The notes: generated by a model from the letters alone, not told the origin. 62,862 nucleotides of DNA, filler included, from Vannella sp. (GCA_023345925.1; 7 parts of 7 records of this genome joined end to end with filler, not necessarily neighbours in it), one strand, 5' to 3'. Positions 1 to 11,284 are shown, numbered from the whole stretch's first letter. Numbers and translations are program-made.

Positions 1-55
1 TTCGATCGATTATTCAGAAAATTTCTGAAAGCGAAATTTTTGCAGTGAAATGTAT

Positions 56-128
56 GCCCGTCTAGCTCAGTTGGTAGAGCGTACGGCTTTTAACCGTATG
101 GTCGGGGGTTCGAGCCCCCCGGTGGGCG
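56..128 (+). tRNA. tRNA-Lys (anticodon UUU)
   Basis: Cloverleaf: acceptor GCCCGTC/GGTGGGC, D arm GCTCAGTTGGTAGAGC, anticodon stem TACGG/CCGTA with loop CTTTTAA, T loop GGTTCGAGCC. Followed by a TTTTT Pol III terminator. Confidence 0.97.
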
Positions 129-219
129 TTTTTACTAATCCTAATTGGCATGAGATCTTTTGTTTCAAGAGGAGCGACTGAGAGGAGACTGCGAACCGTT
201 CACGGATACGCACATTCAA

Positions 220-1231
220 TCAAAATAGGATAATGAAGTGACAGAGACTTAGGAGAGGTTTGCTATCCAAGTTCTTCCAGGCGTTTGACAAATCAGTCAG
301 ATAAGTCCAATAATGGGAATGTTGGATAGGAGGAAGGTCAAAATGAAGATTCGTCCGATACGAGGGCACTGCATGAAGGAGAGTCCACGTGAGAGTGCCC
401 AAAAGCGTGCCAAGTAAGTCGTCCGAGTTTGTGAGAGTCTCTTCAATACACTCTTTTGCAGTCCATAGTGGAGCCGTTATCCTGTTAATAAAGTCACCCA
501 TTATTGCCTTGTCTGTTTGCGACGTAATCGTATTCATAAAGGGGCAATGGAGGATAAAAACCTGGAAGAAAGCCCGAATGAAGACTTGCCGGAAATGCCT
601 GTCGTACTCAGTTGAAGATAGAAGTCAATCAGAGAATATGCTACATGGAAAGGTGGCGGAAAGACAGCACAATAGAGATTTGGAATTGTATCTGGCAACG
701 TCATTGAATGAGCTTTTCACTTGATCTACTTGAGACAGCAGGGACTTGGGGCTGGACAAGAATCGTAAATTGACGAGAAACTCGTGACCAACAAGGTAAC
801 GAACTGAGTCCCCAAGAGAGGCTACCGCTGAAGGGCACGGAATAGCGAGCTGGCAGAAGCTGGAAGTAAGAAAAAAGTCAAGGTTATGCCAGTGTGGTGC
901 AATTTGGGCATACTCAGGTCACTTTTCGTTCCACGTGCGCCCTTAGCGGGTCAAGGTAAGCCAAGCCTGGCTAGAGGTCCGTTGCTGAGCTGTATTTGCC
1001 ATGACTGCTTCCCTTTTGTATGAGATGAACAAGGACCAAAAACCAACGGGGTCGTGCAAGGCCTCCTTCTTCATTGTATCAACCGCATTTCTCCTCCTCC
1101 ACCGTCTTCATCCGCTCATCGAACCCAGGAAGCTCATTATATCCTGCTGAGATCCTTGCTCCCCTCTTCAGAGCTCAAATCATCAAGCACGCTTCGCTGC
1201 CTGAAAGGATCACCCGCCGAACCCGCTCCAT
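220..1231 (-). CDS. hypothetical multi-exon protein (structure unresolved)
   Basis: Terminal ORF 220-537 plus upstream open stretches and GT..AG intron-like segments. No family recognised and exon phases could not be reconciled. Confidence 0.3.
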
Positions 1232-1330
1232 CTCGGCAACAATAAATGATTTCTAAAAACCAACCCGAACAATCCCATTTGAATTTGGGCCATTGGCAAA
1301 GGAGGTCGTCGCTGATTGGTTCATTTGGAG

Positions 1331-1945
1331 ATGGCCTCTTCCAAGCTGGTGCCTTTGCTTGGCGGATTCTCGGTGGTCTTTGGTGTACTTGCTTTTGCGG
1401 ATAAGATAGGGAAGCCTGTGTTCGCTTCTGGAGAGTCTATGCTCCCGATGATCAAGGTTCGTGGAGCGAATGCACTCAGCCGCTTGTTTCTCGTCATTCT
1501 GACGTTGAGTAGGATGGCGATCTGCTTTGGATGAGGCAAATACCACATAGGGAGGATGCTTTGTACTCAGTTCAGCGGGGGGATCTCGTTACCTTGCATT
1601 CGCCGATCGACTTTCCTCCTGTACCCGTCTTAAAGCGTGTGACTGCCTTGGTAAGGACATTTCTCCTACGAGACTTCTTCTCCTCATAGCTCTACCTTCT
1701 CAGGAAGGCGCCCTCATCCTCTGGAACGGCAAACAGATCCAAATCCCCCGGGGCAGCATCTGGGTGGAAGGAGATAACCCTTCCCACTCTCTCGACTCTC
1801 GCACATACGGTCCCTTTCCCATTGGCCTCATCCAAGGGAAAGTCACACACAGGGTGAGTCAGCCTCGCTCCCATTGGTCCTTTTCCCTTGCTCACGTGAC
1901 CAGCTTTTTCCCGCTCCTTCCCGATTAAATGCTCTGAAGTCTTAA
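1331..1945 (+). CDS. mitochondrial inner membrane peptidase subunit (IMP1/IMP2, peptidase S26), 4 exons
   Basis: Spliced motifs GESMLP (catalytic Ser), RGDLVTLHSP..KRVTAL (catalytic Lys) and IWVEGDN..SLDSRTYGP..GLIQGKV. Three ~50-nt introns. Confidence 0.9.
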
Positions 1946-2036
1946 ATGATGTATTGAAAGGTCCGGAGCCTTTTGGGAATCTTCTGGAGAAGATTCTTGT
2001 ACGGATTGGCATTTTCCCTCCGTTCGGAGGTTGAAG

Positions 2037-3860
2037 ATGGAGGAGATGGAAGAAATGGAGGGCCACAAGCAAGGGGAGGGGGAGCTGGAGATTAGCGTGG
2101 ATGTGGAGATGCCAGTGGAAGAGGAGGTGACCCGGCGGAGATGCTGCTCCTCGTGGAACTTGAAGAAAGTCTTCCGTAATCTTGTTCTTTTGACCTTGGC
2201 GCTTGGCCTACTAGCTGGTGGTACTGTGTTCTTATGGCAGAGCGAGAAAGATGGTTGGCTGTTCGACTTCTTTCTTTGGCTGAAAGGGCTTGGCAAGTGG
2301 GGCTGCCTCATCCTCTGCTTGGTCATGGTTGTGTCCAGTTTCCCCTTTGTCGTGGGATACGCCCTGCTGACTCTGGCCTCTGGTTACCTGTTCGGTTTCA
2401 TGTGGGGACTTGTCACTGTTGTTGCGGGATCCCAGCTTGGATTCCTCTCGGTGTACGTGATCGTGAACCTCTTCTTCAAGAAACGCACGGAGAAGGTGTG
2501 TAGCCCGCTCTTATGACTATTAGACTTCCTCATCACAGTGAATAGTGGATCGAGGTTAGCGGAGGCCGATACGCCAGTGCAATCATGAAGGAAGTTGCTC
2601 ACAATCGGGTTAAAGTGTGCTTCTTCCTTCGCCTTCTGCCTCTTCCCATAGGTTTGCAGAACTGCATTCTTTCTGTATGTTTCTGTCACTTGCTTGCACC
2701 CTGAAAGCTACTGATGGTCGTCAAATAGGTCTCTCCGATCCCGTTTTGGATGTATCAGCTCTTTAGCGGTCTTGGATTGATCGTTAAGCAGATCCCAGAG
2801 GTCTATTTAGGCTCCACTTGTAAGTACCACCTTCTCTAGACTCTAAAGCTGACCCAGAGTAGTCCACAATATCTCAGAACTCATCAGCGGAGACTCCAAG
2901 TTCAATCCTGTGGAGATAATCCCTTTTGTTATTGGTTTTATTGCCGGTATGGACTCTCTTGTCTCCTGGGAGGGCGATTCTGACTGGAATGCAGTATTGA
3001 TCTTTGCAGTTATGTTGATTTTCTTCTCTCGAAAAGTTCTTGCTCGTCTGCGCGAGATGGAAGAGCAAGAACTTGATGCAACTATGGAGGAGGCTGAAGT
3101 GATGGAAGAAACTCTCGCTATCCAACTAGAAGAGAGCCGATCCCGATCCCGATCCTCCTCCCTGAGCTCTAATTCTCCACTTGGGCATCCCAGAAGTGAC
3201 CAGGAGGAACTCACCGAAAAGGATCATTCTGTCACAATGGATCCCATTCTAACTCCCATTCTTCATTCCAAAGTCTCATCAGAAACGATCGAAAGCCCAA
3301 TTGCAAGTAGCATTCCTTTCAAAATCGAGGAGGATGATGATGATTTAGTCGATGTTGAACTCACCTCAAACAACGACTTCCGAATTCCCCTACCAGTCAT
3401 TGGTAAATCCCGAAAGTATAAGCCTTTTGATGTTGAAGGCACAGAGGAACAAGAGATTGAATTCCATGATCCCAGCGATGCTCCAGATTCAGTCAATCCG
3501 CTTACACGGACTACATCTACTTCGCAAGAAACAGAGTCCCAAGTAACCTCACCAGATGCACCAGTCTATTATCAGGCTCACCAACAGCAGGACTCCCCAA
3601 CAGAAACAGAATGGTCTCCTTCAGAATTTGAAGAACCTGCAAATAGCCCAAAGATAGTCTCCAGTGAGCAAGATAATGATGAAGCTTCTGTTCGCAGTGA
3701 TTCAGATTCAGAAGAAGTCAAAAGTACTGATGAGAATCAAGAGCAGGATTCGAATATGGTTGAGGGTTCAAATGATCCTCTCCCTGAACCTCCAGGAATC
3801 GAAGAAGAGGTCCCACATGTAGAATATGAACCGAATGGCCTTATTGAGCCAGAGGAGTGA
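2037..3860 (+). CDS. TVP38/TMEM64 (DedA/VTT domain) membrane protein with long acidic C-tail
   Basis: Hydrophobic segments with SFPFVVGYALLTLASGYLFGFMWG..GSQLG, then SPIPF and VYLGS. Several small introns between 2496 and 2880. Confidence 0.8.
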
Positions 3861-3896
3861 GATAAACAGTTTTGGACAGACACTGCGAAAGTTGGA

Positions 3897-5805
3897 TTAC
3901 TTTGGTTTAACTACTTTTTGCCAGCCTTGGTAGGATACACGAATAGGCAAGTCAATGTTCCGCATTAAAGAGACTTCCAACGCAGAATTGACGATCTCTG
4001 AATGAGCAAAAGAGCTCTTGTCGGGAGCTAGATCCGGGAATCGGTTAAATTTCATCAACCACGGATGAAGATCGCTATCAAATATGATATCCCATCCCAT
4101 AAGGTCGTTCTTGCTCTTTTGAGACATCACATCGCTAGCAGGAATTGCAGAAAGAATTGTGAAGACCAGCTCATTGAGCCGCTCAAAGACCGTCTGTTTC
4201 AATGTTTCGTAATCCTCACCACGGTTACCAGCTAGCTCCATTAGGTACTTCCAGAACTGACTAGGATCAGCCCTTTCTTGAGCGAAAGTCCTTTGAAAAC
4301 TGGAAATGTGTGTTCTCTTGATTCAGATAAGGTTAAGTTATGACCCTATTGGAGAAACCTACCGAGTCTAGAGTACTCAACTTAAAAAAATTGTGTGCTT
4401 GCCGAACATGAAGTGTCTTGGTGTTGAAGTAAGCTTCCAAAGGGTCAAGATGGAAAAGGAGGACAAAAAGGCGAAAATCCGCTTTCCTGCCAGTCATGGG
4501 AGCGGTGCGTTCCACGTATTTTTGTATAATCCAATTACTACCGATACAATACCCAAAATACTCGTTCTCTAATTTCGTGAGTCCCTCCACCTGGGAGGGG
4601 TGTGAAAGAAGATCGACTGCGTTTCCTTGATGTTGGTAGACTCCGTAGTCGGTTGCCCTTCTGAAGTAATCTCCATCTTCTTTGAGCTGGACAACTGTTG
4701 GCTTGATAACCCATAGATTACTGTCTCCATCAATCCTCGGTTGCGGATTGCGCCAGATTCCGTGATCGTCTTTGTACCGAGAAGAAGCCTCCCCAACATC
4801 TCTAAACAAGTTGAATGGAGGTTTCTCTTTTCCTTGGTAGAAGTCTTCTACCCATAAGTTCCATTGATCCAGTGTGCCTCGAGTTAAGGAAGAATTCTCC
4901 TTTTCGCACGGAATATGAACATAATACGATCGAGGTATCAGCTTTTGGAGAGCCCCCTGCTGTGTTAAAGTAGATCTCTGTATCATTGATACAGTGAATA
5001 AAGCCTTATCCCCCACCCACTGGACGGGAGAGCGTTCTCCCCAAAACAGTATTTCTCGCATTGCGTTGTCCCAGCTCTCCTCTTCTGTCCCGCTTTCAAT
5101 GAAGTTCCCAACGAACCGGTAGTTGATGAAAGTAATGCGCCCAAGAGGAGAGTCCTCGTTCGCCAGTGCAGCCCTGATACACGGACCCAGAAGGAGATGA
5201 CCAGCCACCATCCGGCACCAGAGCCCCCAACTGATGGGGATATCCTCAAACGACTGTGCATTCGCTAGTATCTCCACTTCATCCGTCTTGTCGATCCATC
5301 CGCTGCGCAGAAGGGTCTTCCGCAAGGTCAAACAAGTTGTTTCCCTCTTCGAGCATGCAAAGGTCAGCTCCTCTGGTGCTTTCAGCATTGGGTACATTCG
5401 ATCGTAGGTCTCTTGTGTCATGTAATGAAGAATGTACTCTTCAGGAGTGATAGAACTAGCCTGGTGGCGATCTTCCACCAGAGAGAGCTTCCGATGCTCA
5501 TTGCGCGCTGCCACCACGCTCTTGGTTCCCGGGGGACCGAACCAGTGGCCTCTGGTACCAGGTTGGAGGGATTCTTGTCTCTTCTGGGTTCTCTGAGAGG
5601 CCTGCTCCACAAAGGCAGTCATCACATGCGTGAACGAAGCGGTGATGCCTTCCTTTCTCTCCTCTAAAGAGAGCGCCGATGTACTTGTGAGGAAAGGGAC
5701 AGGAAGGGAATAAGATGGATTAAACTCCAAAAGGATGGAGGTCAGCCACGCCCCACTGAGGAGAGTGGAGAGGAGCACAAGGAGGAAACAGGACCGAAGC
5801 CGCAT
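3897..5805 (-). CDS. tubulin-tyrosine-ligase-like ATP-grasp protein with N-terminal signal/anchor, 2 exons
   Basis: WVIKP, IIQKYVE..GRKADFRLFVL..DPLEAY, DLMGWDIIFDSDLHPWLMKFN.FPDL. An intron at ~4318-4362 joins the two ORFs in frame. Confidence 0.8.
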
Positions 5806-5872
5806 GGAAGAGAATAAGCTTTATTGCAACCTGCAAGTGGGTCAGAAGATGGAAAGCAAGTAGGAGAAGACC

Positions 5873-5963
5873 GAGAAGATCAGAAACAGCCATTGTTCTC
5901 GACATCATCAACCCCGTTAGGAGTCTTCCGCCGGTAATTCCAAATGAATCATCATTTCTTCTC
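5873..5963 (-). ncRNA. intronic box C/D snoRNA, snR77/SNORD65-like (18S Um578 equivalent)
   Basis: Box C ATGATGA 5955-5949, D' CGGA, C' TGATGA, box D CTGA 5883-5880, 7-bp terminal stem GAGAAGA/TCTTCTC. Guide TGGAATTACCG is complementary to 18S CGGUAAUUCCA. Lies in intron 5990-5831. Confidence 0.85.
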
Positions 5964-6096
5964 GTCATTCTTCCAGAGCCGATCACTTACCATTCATTGC
6001 AAGAGAGCTGGATGTATAGAGGTGGTAGATCATGGGCTCCTGTGATCATTGGGTTAGGGCCATCTTCCAAACGACAGTTAAGAGGAGAAAGAAAGA

Positions 6097-6164
6097 TCAG
6101 ATGGATTCGCAAAGGTTCTCGTCACAGAAGTCGGAAACTCTAGTCCGTAATGCCAGATCATCAT
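6097..6164 (-). ncRNA. intronic box C/D snoRNA, snR78/SNORD52-like (LSU Um2421 equivalent)
   Basis: Box C ATGATGA 6164-6158, D' CCGA, C' GTGACGA, box D CTGA 6100-6097. Guide CGGACTAGAGTT is complementary to LSU GACUCUAGUCCG. Lies in intron 6196-6040. Confidence 0.8.
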
Positions 6165-6218
6165 GAAGAGGGGATGGGAGGATGAAGGAAGCTTACCCTG
6201 TTCAGTTGTTTTCGTTGA

Positions 6219-6833
6219 TTACTTCCTGCGAGGGCCTGCATATGAACCAACCACGCGAGTGATACGATTCTTCATGATTGTTTGCTGGGGACGGAGCTGC
6301 TTGGTCTTTGATTTCTCCTTCAAAAGAGATTCCTTCTTTTGCATCGAATCCAAGTTTCTCTTAACCACTTGTCGATGTTCCTCCTCCTCACAAGACGTGA
6401 TCTTGACAGTCTGGGGTCATTCACTTGATTCTGGTGGCAGTTGAGTCACGAACCTGGAAGTAGTCATGCCATGAGCAATCGCTCGGTTTCGGGCGAGCCT
6501 TGAACTTCTTCTCGAAGATCTTCTTCCAGATAGGTTCTGTGTCCTTCGTGATCTTCTGTTGCGGGGATCAGTACAAGAAGGGGAGGTTCGAAAGGCTCTG
6601 CTTACAGCTCGTTTGAGCCTCTTCTCAAAGTTTTCCATGTCAGGAGCAGCAGGTGGGATGTGGAACATGGCCATCAGCACAGTCTCCACACTGACATGGG
6701 GTTTGGGAGAGAGGAGCTCTTGAAATCATCCGTGAGACAGTCTTCCTCAAGAAATCACCAAGATCCACTCACTCCGCGGAGCAACGCGAAGAGCATTGAG
6801 ACAGTAGTCCACCAAGCTGTCTACTTGGACCAT
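6219..6833 (-). CDS. minimal Elongin A-like (BC-box) protein, 4 exons
   Basis: Spliced product begins MVQVDSLVDYCLNAL (BC-box), then IWKKIFEKKF..SWHDYF and a charged helical tail, as in the Elongin A core domain. Confidence 0.65.
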
Positions 6834-7053
6834 GGGTTAGCCTGCCGAGCAGGCAAACATGAAATGAAACAGTTCAAGAACCTTTTCCCAAAGTTTCAGA
6901 CGAAAAAATCCAAAACACAATCAAATGCCTATTACACTTCTGATTATTCTCTTTCACATGATCTCGTTTGGAACAAACATGCGGGCATAAGAGGGACGAG
7001 AAAAGAGACTTTTTACTCCTCCTTTCCACTAAGGCAGTCCTCACGGTGAAAGA

Positions 7054-8161
7054 TCACGACATATACATGGATAGGACCTCTGTGAGGGTCTCCCGTTCCT
7101 CGGTAAAGGGAAAGTGGTTGAACCAACTTGCTGCATGGGAACTCCCAACGAATCTTGACACTTGCCTGGTCCCGAGAAGAGGTAGTTTTTGACCTTCTCG
7201 AAGCAGAGTTACTGTACCCAGATATGGTCCGTTCAGACGGGAGCTCCCACCGGCAGGGTGAAGAAAAACGGGAACGAATGGTATTCGCAACTCACTAGGG
7301 GGGTGTTCCACAGTCGGCATCCAACTAGCCTAGCTTGGGCCATCCTACTAAGTTTTGCGACGAGTTCTGAGACAGGTTTACCAGGCGTTTCATGCCATTA
7401 GAGAGGCAGAAGTCAAATTGTTCAGGTCGAGGAAGCCGCTTACTCCGGGAAGACGATTGGGAGTGTCATTCTCGATCAGCAAAACAGATTGTCTTGAACG
7501 TTGAATGATGAAGAAGTCGAGAAGGTGAAGGCCCACTAATCTAGGGTTCGCATTGAAGATGGCCAGAATGTCTTGCAAGATTTGAGTGACCCCAAGCTCG
7601 TGGAACACTTCATTCCTGCTGATCTCATGGGTAACCTTTTCAAACCATTGACTATCCTCGAAGTTAACGCTCAAACGGACGATGTCTCCAATCTTCTCCA
7701 AGTCTTCCACAAGAGATGACGTATTGGGATACACAACACAGGTGAGGATAGCTTTCTCCATAGAAGCTGTAGGAAGGCGGCTGAAGGTCTCAGCGAGCCT
7801 TGAGCTCGAAACAAGACAAGTGAAAATGAGTGCACTCACTTCCAGGAACCTGAACAAACATTGTCAGGTTCTGAATCCACCATTTAGTACCACTTTTCAA
7901 GCTACTGCTCTCCTCTGACATTCCTCACACCCAATGTGGCTCAATTTGAGCCTTCCGACGACTTGATTTCGGGAACGAGCACTTTCTGGGTGGGACTCCA
8001 CCAAAAGAGTGTTTAAGAAGGTCACTTTGGATCGTGACTGGTGCAAGCGATGGAGTCAGTCTGGATTCAGCATCCTTCTCCTCTCTCGCACTCAGTCCAA
8101 GCTCCAGAAAGTCGCGAAGGGAGTTGCCTTCCACCATCCCTGAGGTTGACCTTCCTTTCAT
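7054..8161 (-). CDS. hypothetical protein, about 4 exons
   Basis: ORFs 7925-8161, 7390-7857 and 7054-7320 can be linked by GT..AG introns of ~70-80 nt. No family recognised. Confidence 0.5.
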
Positions 8162-8265
8162 CGAGTACGATGATCCTAAGGTCCATTGTGTGAGAGACTC
8201 ACTATCAGATCTGATACGCTGTGGTCACAAAGAGAGTGAGAGTCCTTCCGCGGTTTATGTCGTCG

Positions 8266-8671
8266 TTATCTCCCATACTTTTGGAACTCCCAGTCCTTGT
8301 TGTCTAGAGGGCATACTTGTCTCGTCTTCAGCCATCGTGAGATACAATGGAAGTGGAAGGCATGGTTACACATCCCCCAGGCCACAGTGCACTCCTCGCT
8401 TGTGGTGGAGGACTGATTTGCTTGGCATTCGATACCTAAGTATCGCACACTCTCATGAGTCAATGCTATCTCATCTTCACCCTTCAGACTCACACAGATC
8501 CATAATGTGGTTACGGCAGATGGCGCAGTAGTCCACAACGATATCCCAAGCCCACAAAGCCACCGCGTTCCACTTCTTCACTTCGAATCGCTTCTTCCCT
8601 GACGCCTTTGGCTTGGCAGAGACCTCCTCACTCGGTGTATCTACCACTGGTGCGGTCTCCTGGTCGCTCAT
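8266..8671 (-). CDS. RBX1: RING-box protein 1 (cullin-RING ligase subunit), 2 exons
   Basis: [68 protein letters not shown]. Confidence 0.98.
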
Positions 8672-8810
8672 TACAACCTCCGATGAACAAAGTGCCGAGC
8701 TTGCGGGAAGCCGAACATTTCACCTGTTTACTTCTTCGAATTAAATTCTCAAAAAAATCATGCAAAATAGAAAAGTCACTTTCCTCCGCATGGGATTAAT
8801 TTGTCATTTA

Positions 8811-10394
8811 ATGGAGGAGGAAAGCAGTGATGAGCTGGAGATTGCCCTCTCTGCGAGCGAGGGGACAGAGACGGAGACTGACGACGATTTGATCATTGAT
8901 TTAGATGACAGTGGCGAGGAGATAGAGGAGGATGAAGCTGCGGAGGGGGAAGCACGCTCTCAGGCCCCTTTGGGTGGGGGTTTGGAAGATGCGAAGCGAA
9001 ATTTGATGATTGCAGAGCCTGATACGATCGTTGCGAGATCGAATGAAGTGAGAAGCATCGAAAGGTTCATCACAAGTGCTTTACAACTAGTGAAACCCGT
9101 CTCCACCAGCGGATGGGGTAACTTGGACATCCTTGGTGGAGCAAAAGCTGGCACAGGAGGGCGCTGTCTCTATATCTCTGGCATGCCTGGTACCGGGAAG
9201 ACTTCCACTCTTCTCCACATCCTAGCTCGCATGCTTCGAGAGCGAGATGACGAGGAGGATGTAAGAATGCTTGCTCGTAGACCTGATTAGCCACTGATAA
9301 CGAGCAAACTAGGACTACCCAGAGTTTTCTTATGTGTGCGTCAATGCTAGGAAGCTAACACAGGCACCAAGGGTGATGAGTGCGCTGTGTAAGCAGCTTA
9401 CAGGCTTAAAACAGACCCCAAACACTGCCACTCGCACCTTAGAGGAGTTCTTTTCAGCTCCTGGCAACCCTATGTAAGCACTATAATCGTCTCAACTTGT
9501 CTTCTGACCTCCCTTGGCAAGAGTGGCTGTGATCGATGAGATCGACTTCCTGATTAGCCGATCACAGAAGGAGCTGTACACATTGGTCGACTGGCCCAGT
9601 CACCCTCGATCTAGACTGATCGTTGTTGGCATCGCCAATACTCTCGATCTCCCAGAGCGCCTGCTAATGCCTCGCATTGCCTCTCGCTTTGGTTCAGAAG
9701 GGATCAGCTTCGCCCCGTACAGTAAAGAGCAGCTGGAGACTCTCATCTTGTCACGGTTGAAGGACCAGTCGATCTTCCACACCGATGCGGTGGCCTTCTG
9801 TGCTATGAGCGTGGCATCCAGCTTTGGAGATGCTCGGCGAGCTCTAAACCTGGCCAAGTAAGCGCCTTACTCATCTCTCAACGTCCCTCCTCACTCTGGC
9901 TCCCTCACAGAAAGGCTGTGGAGGTTGCTCAGCAAGAGGGACACGCGATTGTGAGTGTATCTGATGTGCATAAGGCAGTGGGACAGCTTGGCTCGCTCCC
10001 CCCCACAGTGCCAGTGATGAATTGCTCACTACAAGAACAACTGTTCTTGTGCGCTGTCATCAAAGAGCTACGAACCACAAAGAACGAATACGTCTCTTTC
10101 TCTCAAGCGTGCCAAAGACACTTTGACATCTGTGCCGAACACTCTTTTAAGAAGCCCTCTCGCACAGAGTTGGCGTTCGTATCACATCAACTCGCTCAAC
10201 AGAAGCTCCTTTTAGGTGCGTTATTGGGACTCACTTTTTCTTCTTCTTCAGGGGGTCCTCACTGAACGGGTTCCTCTTCAGCAACGCATCCTCAGTTCGG
10301 GATTCTACAGAAACTACAATTGGCTCATCCAGAAGAAGAGTTGGTCCATGCGTTGAGCCTGAAAAGCTACACTCAAGAAGTGATGACCCGATAG
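8811..10394 (+). CDS. ORC1: origin recognition complex subunit 1 (ORC1/CDC6 AAA+ family), about 5 exons
   Basis: CLYISGMPGTGKT (Walker A), VIDEID (Walker B), LVDWP, GIANTLDLPERLLMPRIASR, GDARRAL, and a C-terminal winged-helix region. Confidence 0.85.
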
Positions 10395-10437
10395 CACACT
10401 TCATTGGTCCACTTTCTCCCTCTTTGCGTTAGATTCG

Positions 10438-10483
10438 CTCCTCTCTGAGTCCTATTCACTCCTCTCTGAGTCCTATTCACTCC
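10438..10483. repeat. 21-bp tandem duplication CTCCTCTCTGAGTCCTATTCA, 2.2 copies
   Basis: Exact direct repeat between the convergent ORC1 and MSS4 genes. Confidence 0.95.
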
Positions 10484-10601
10484 TTGGGAGCATAAAGGAG
10501 GGCTGGTAGCGCGTTTTGGTGATTCATTGCAAGTCACATTTCCCAATGCGGGGAGAGGGAAGGGAAGGGATGGGACAGAGGTGTTCTTTGGACTTGAATG
10601 G

Positions 10602-11101
10602 CTACTGTTCTTCTGGCTGGGGTGCTGAAGGAGAGAGCTGTTGCAGTTGGTCAGCGGAGAGAGACCCTAAGAGTGTTTGGAGGGAATCTCCGCCCTGGTT
10701 GCGTTGTCGCAAGGCTTGAGCTTGATCTGAATCGTAACATAGTCGTTCAGCAGCGACATAGATAACCTTGGGAGCAGACAGGTCTTGGTAACCAAGTACT
10801 TCCACCTCGCAGTCGGCACAAGTAAGGTACTTAAGGCTCCCTACAGTGTGGGTGAAGCCAATGTTCTCGAAATCCATCATCCCACAGCTCCAGAAAGAGG
10901 ACTCAGTGACCGGATCCTGACCTGCTCGCACAGGCAAGTCGAACTTCACCATGTGTGAGGTCTGCGCCCCGCTCTAAGGTATCCAATACTCACCGTATGC
11001 TCCAGCAAGGTCGCTGCGTCAGGTTGATATATCTTACACCCACACACACGACAGAAAGCCGGCAAGGCGTTCCTCTTCCCCACATCCCCCAATCCCGCCA
11101 T
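10602..11101 (-). CDS. MSS4: MSS4/RABIF Rab-interacting zinc protein, 2 exons
   Basis: FCRVCGCKI in exon 1, then MMDFENIGFT..KYLTCADCE..LG. Confidence 0.92.
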
Positions 11102-11184
11102 CCAAACAATGAACTCAAAATGGTTGAGAGTTTAGGAAATGGACGAAAAAATCCAATTCGAGAGCCTTTCTTGGTTGATTTTTT

Positions 11185-11284
11185 NNNNNNNNNNNNNNNN
11201 NNNNNNNNNNNNNNNNNNNNNNNNNNNNTTAATTAATTAANNNNNNNNNNNNNNNNNNNNNNNNNNNNNNNNNNNNNNNNNNNN
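11185..11284. other. artificial contig spacer
   Basis: N44-TTAATTAATTAA-N44, which places stops in all six frames. Confidence 0.99.

Noticed and set aside
8526..8534. RBX1 DYCAIC instead of DNCAIC
   Set aside because: It is a single substitution outside the zinc ligands and cannot be told apart from ordinary divergence or a read error.
6219..8671. Elongin A and RBX1 proximity as a cullin-ligase gene cluster
   Set aside because: An unrelated gene lies between them, and chance proximity is likely in a dense eukaryotic genome.
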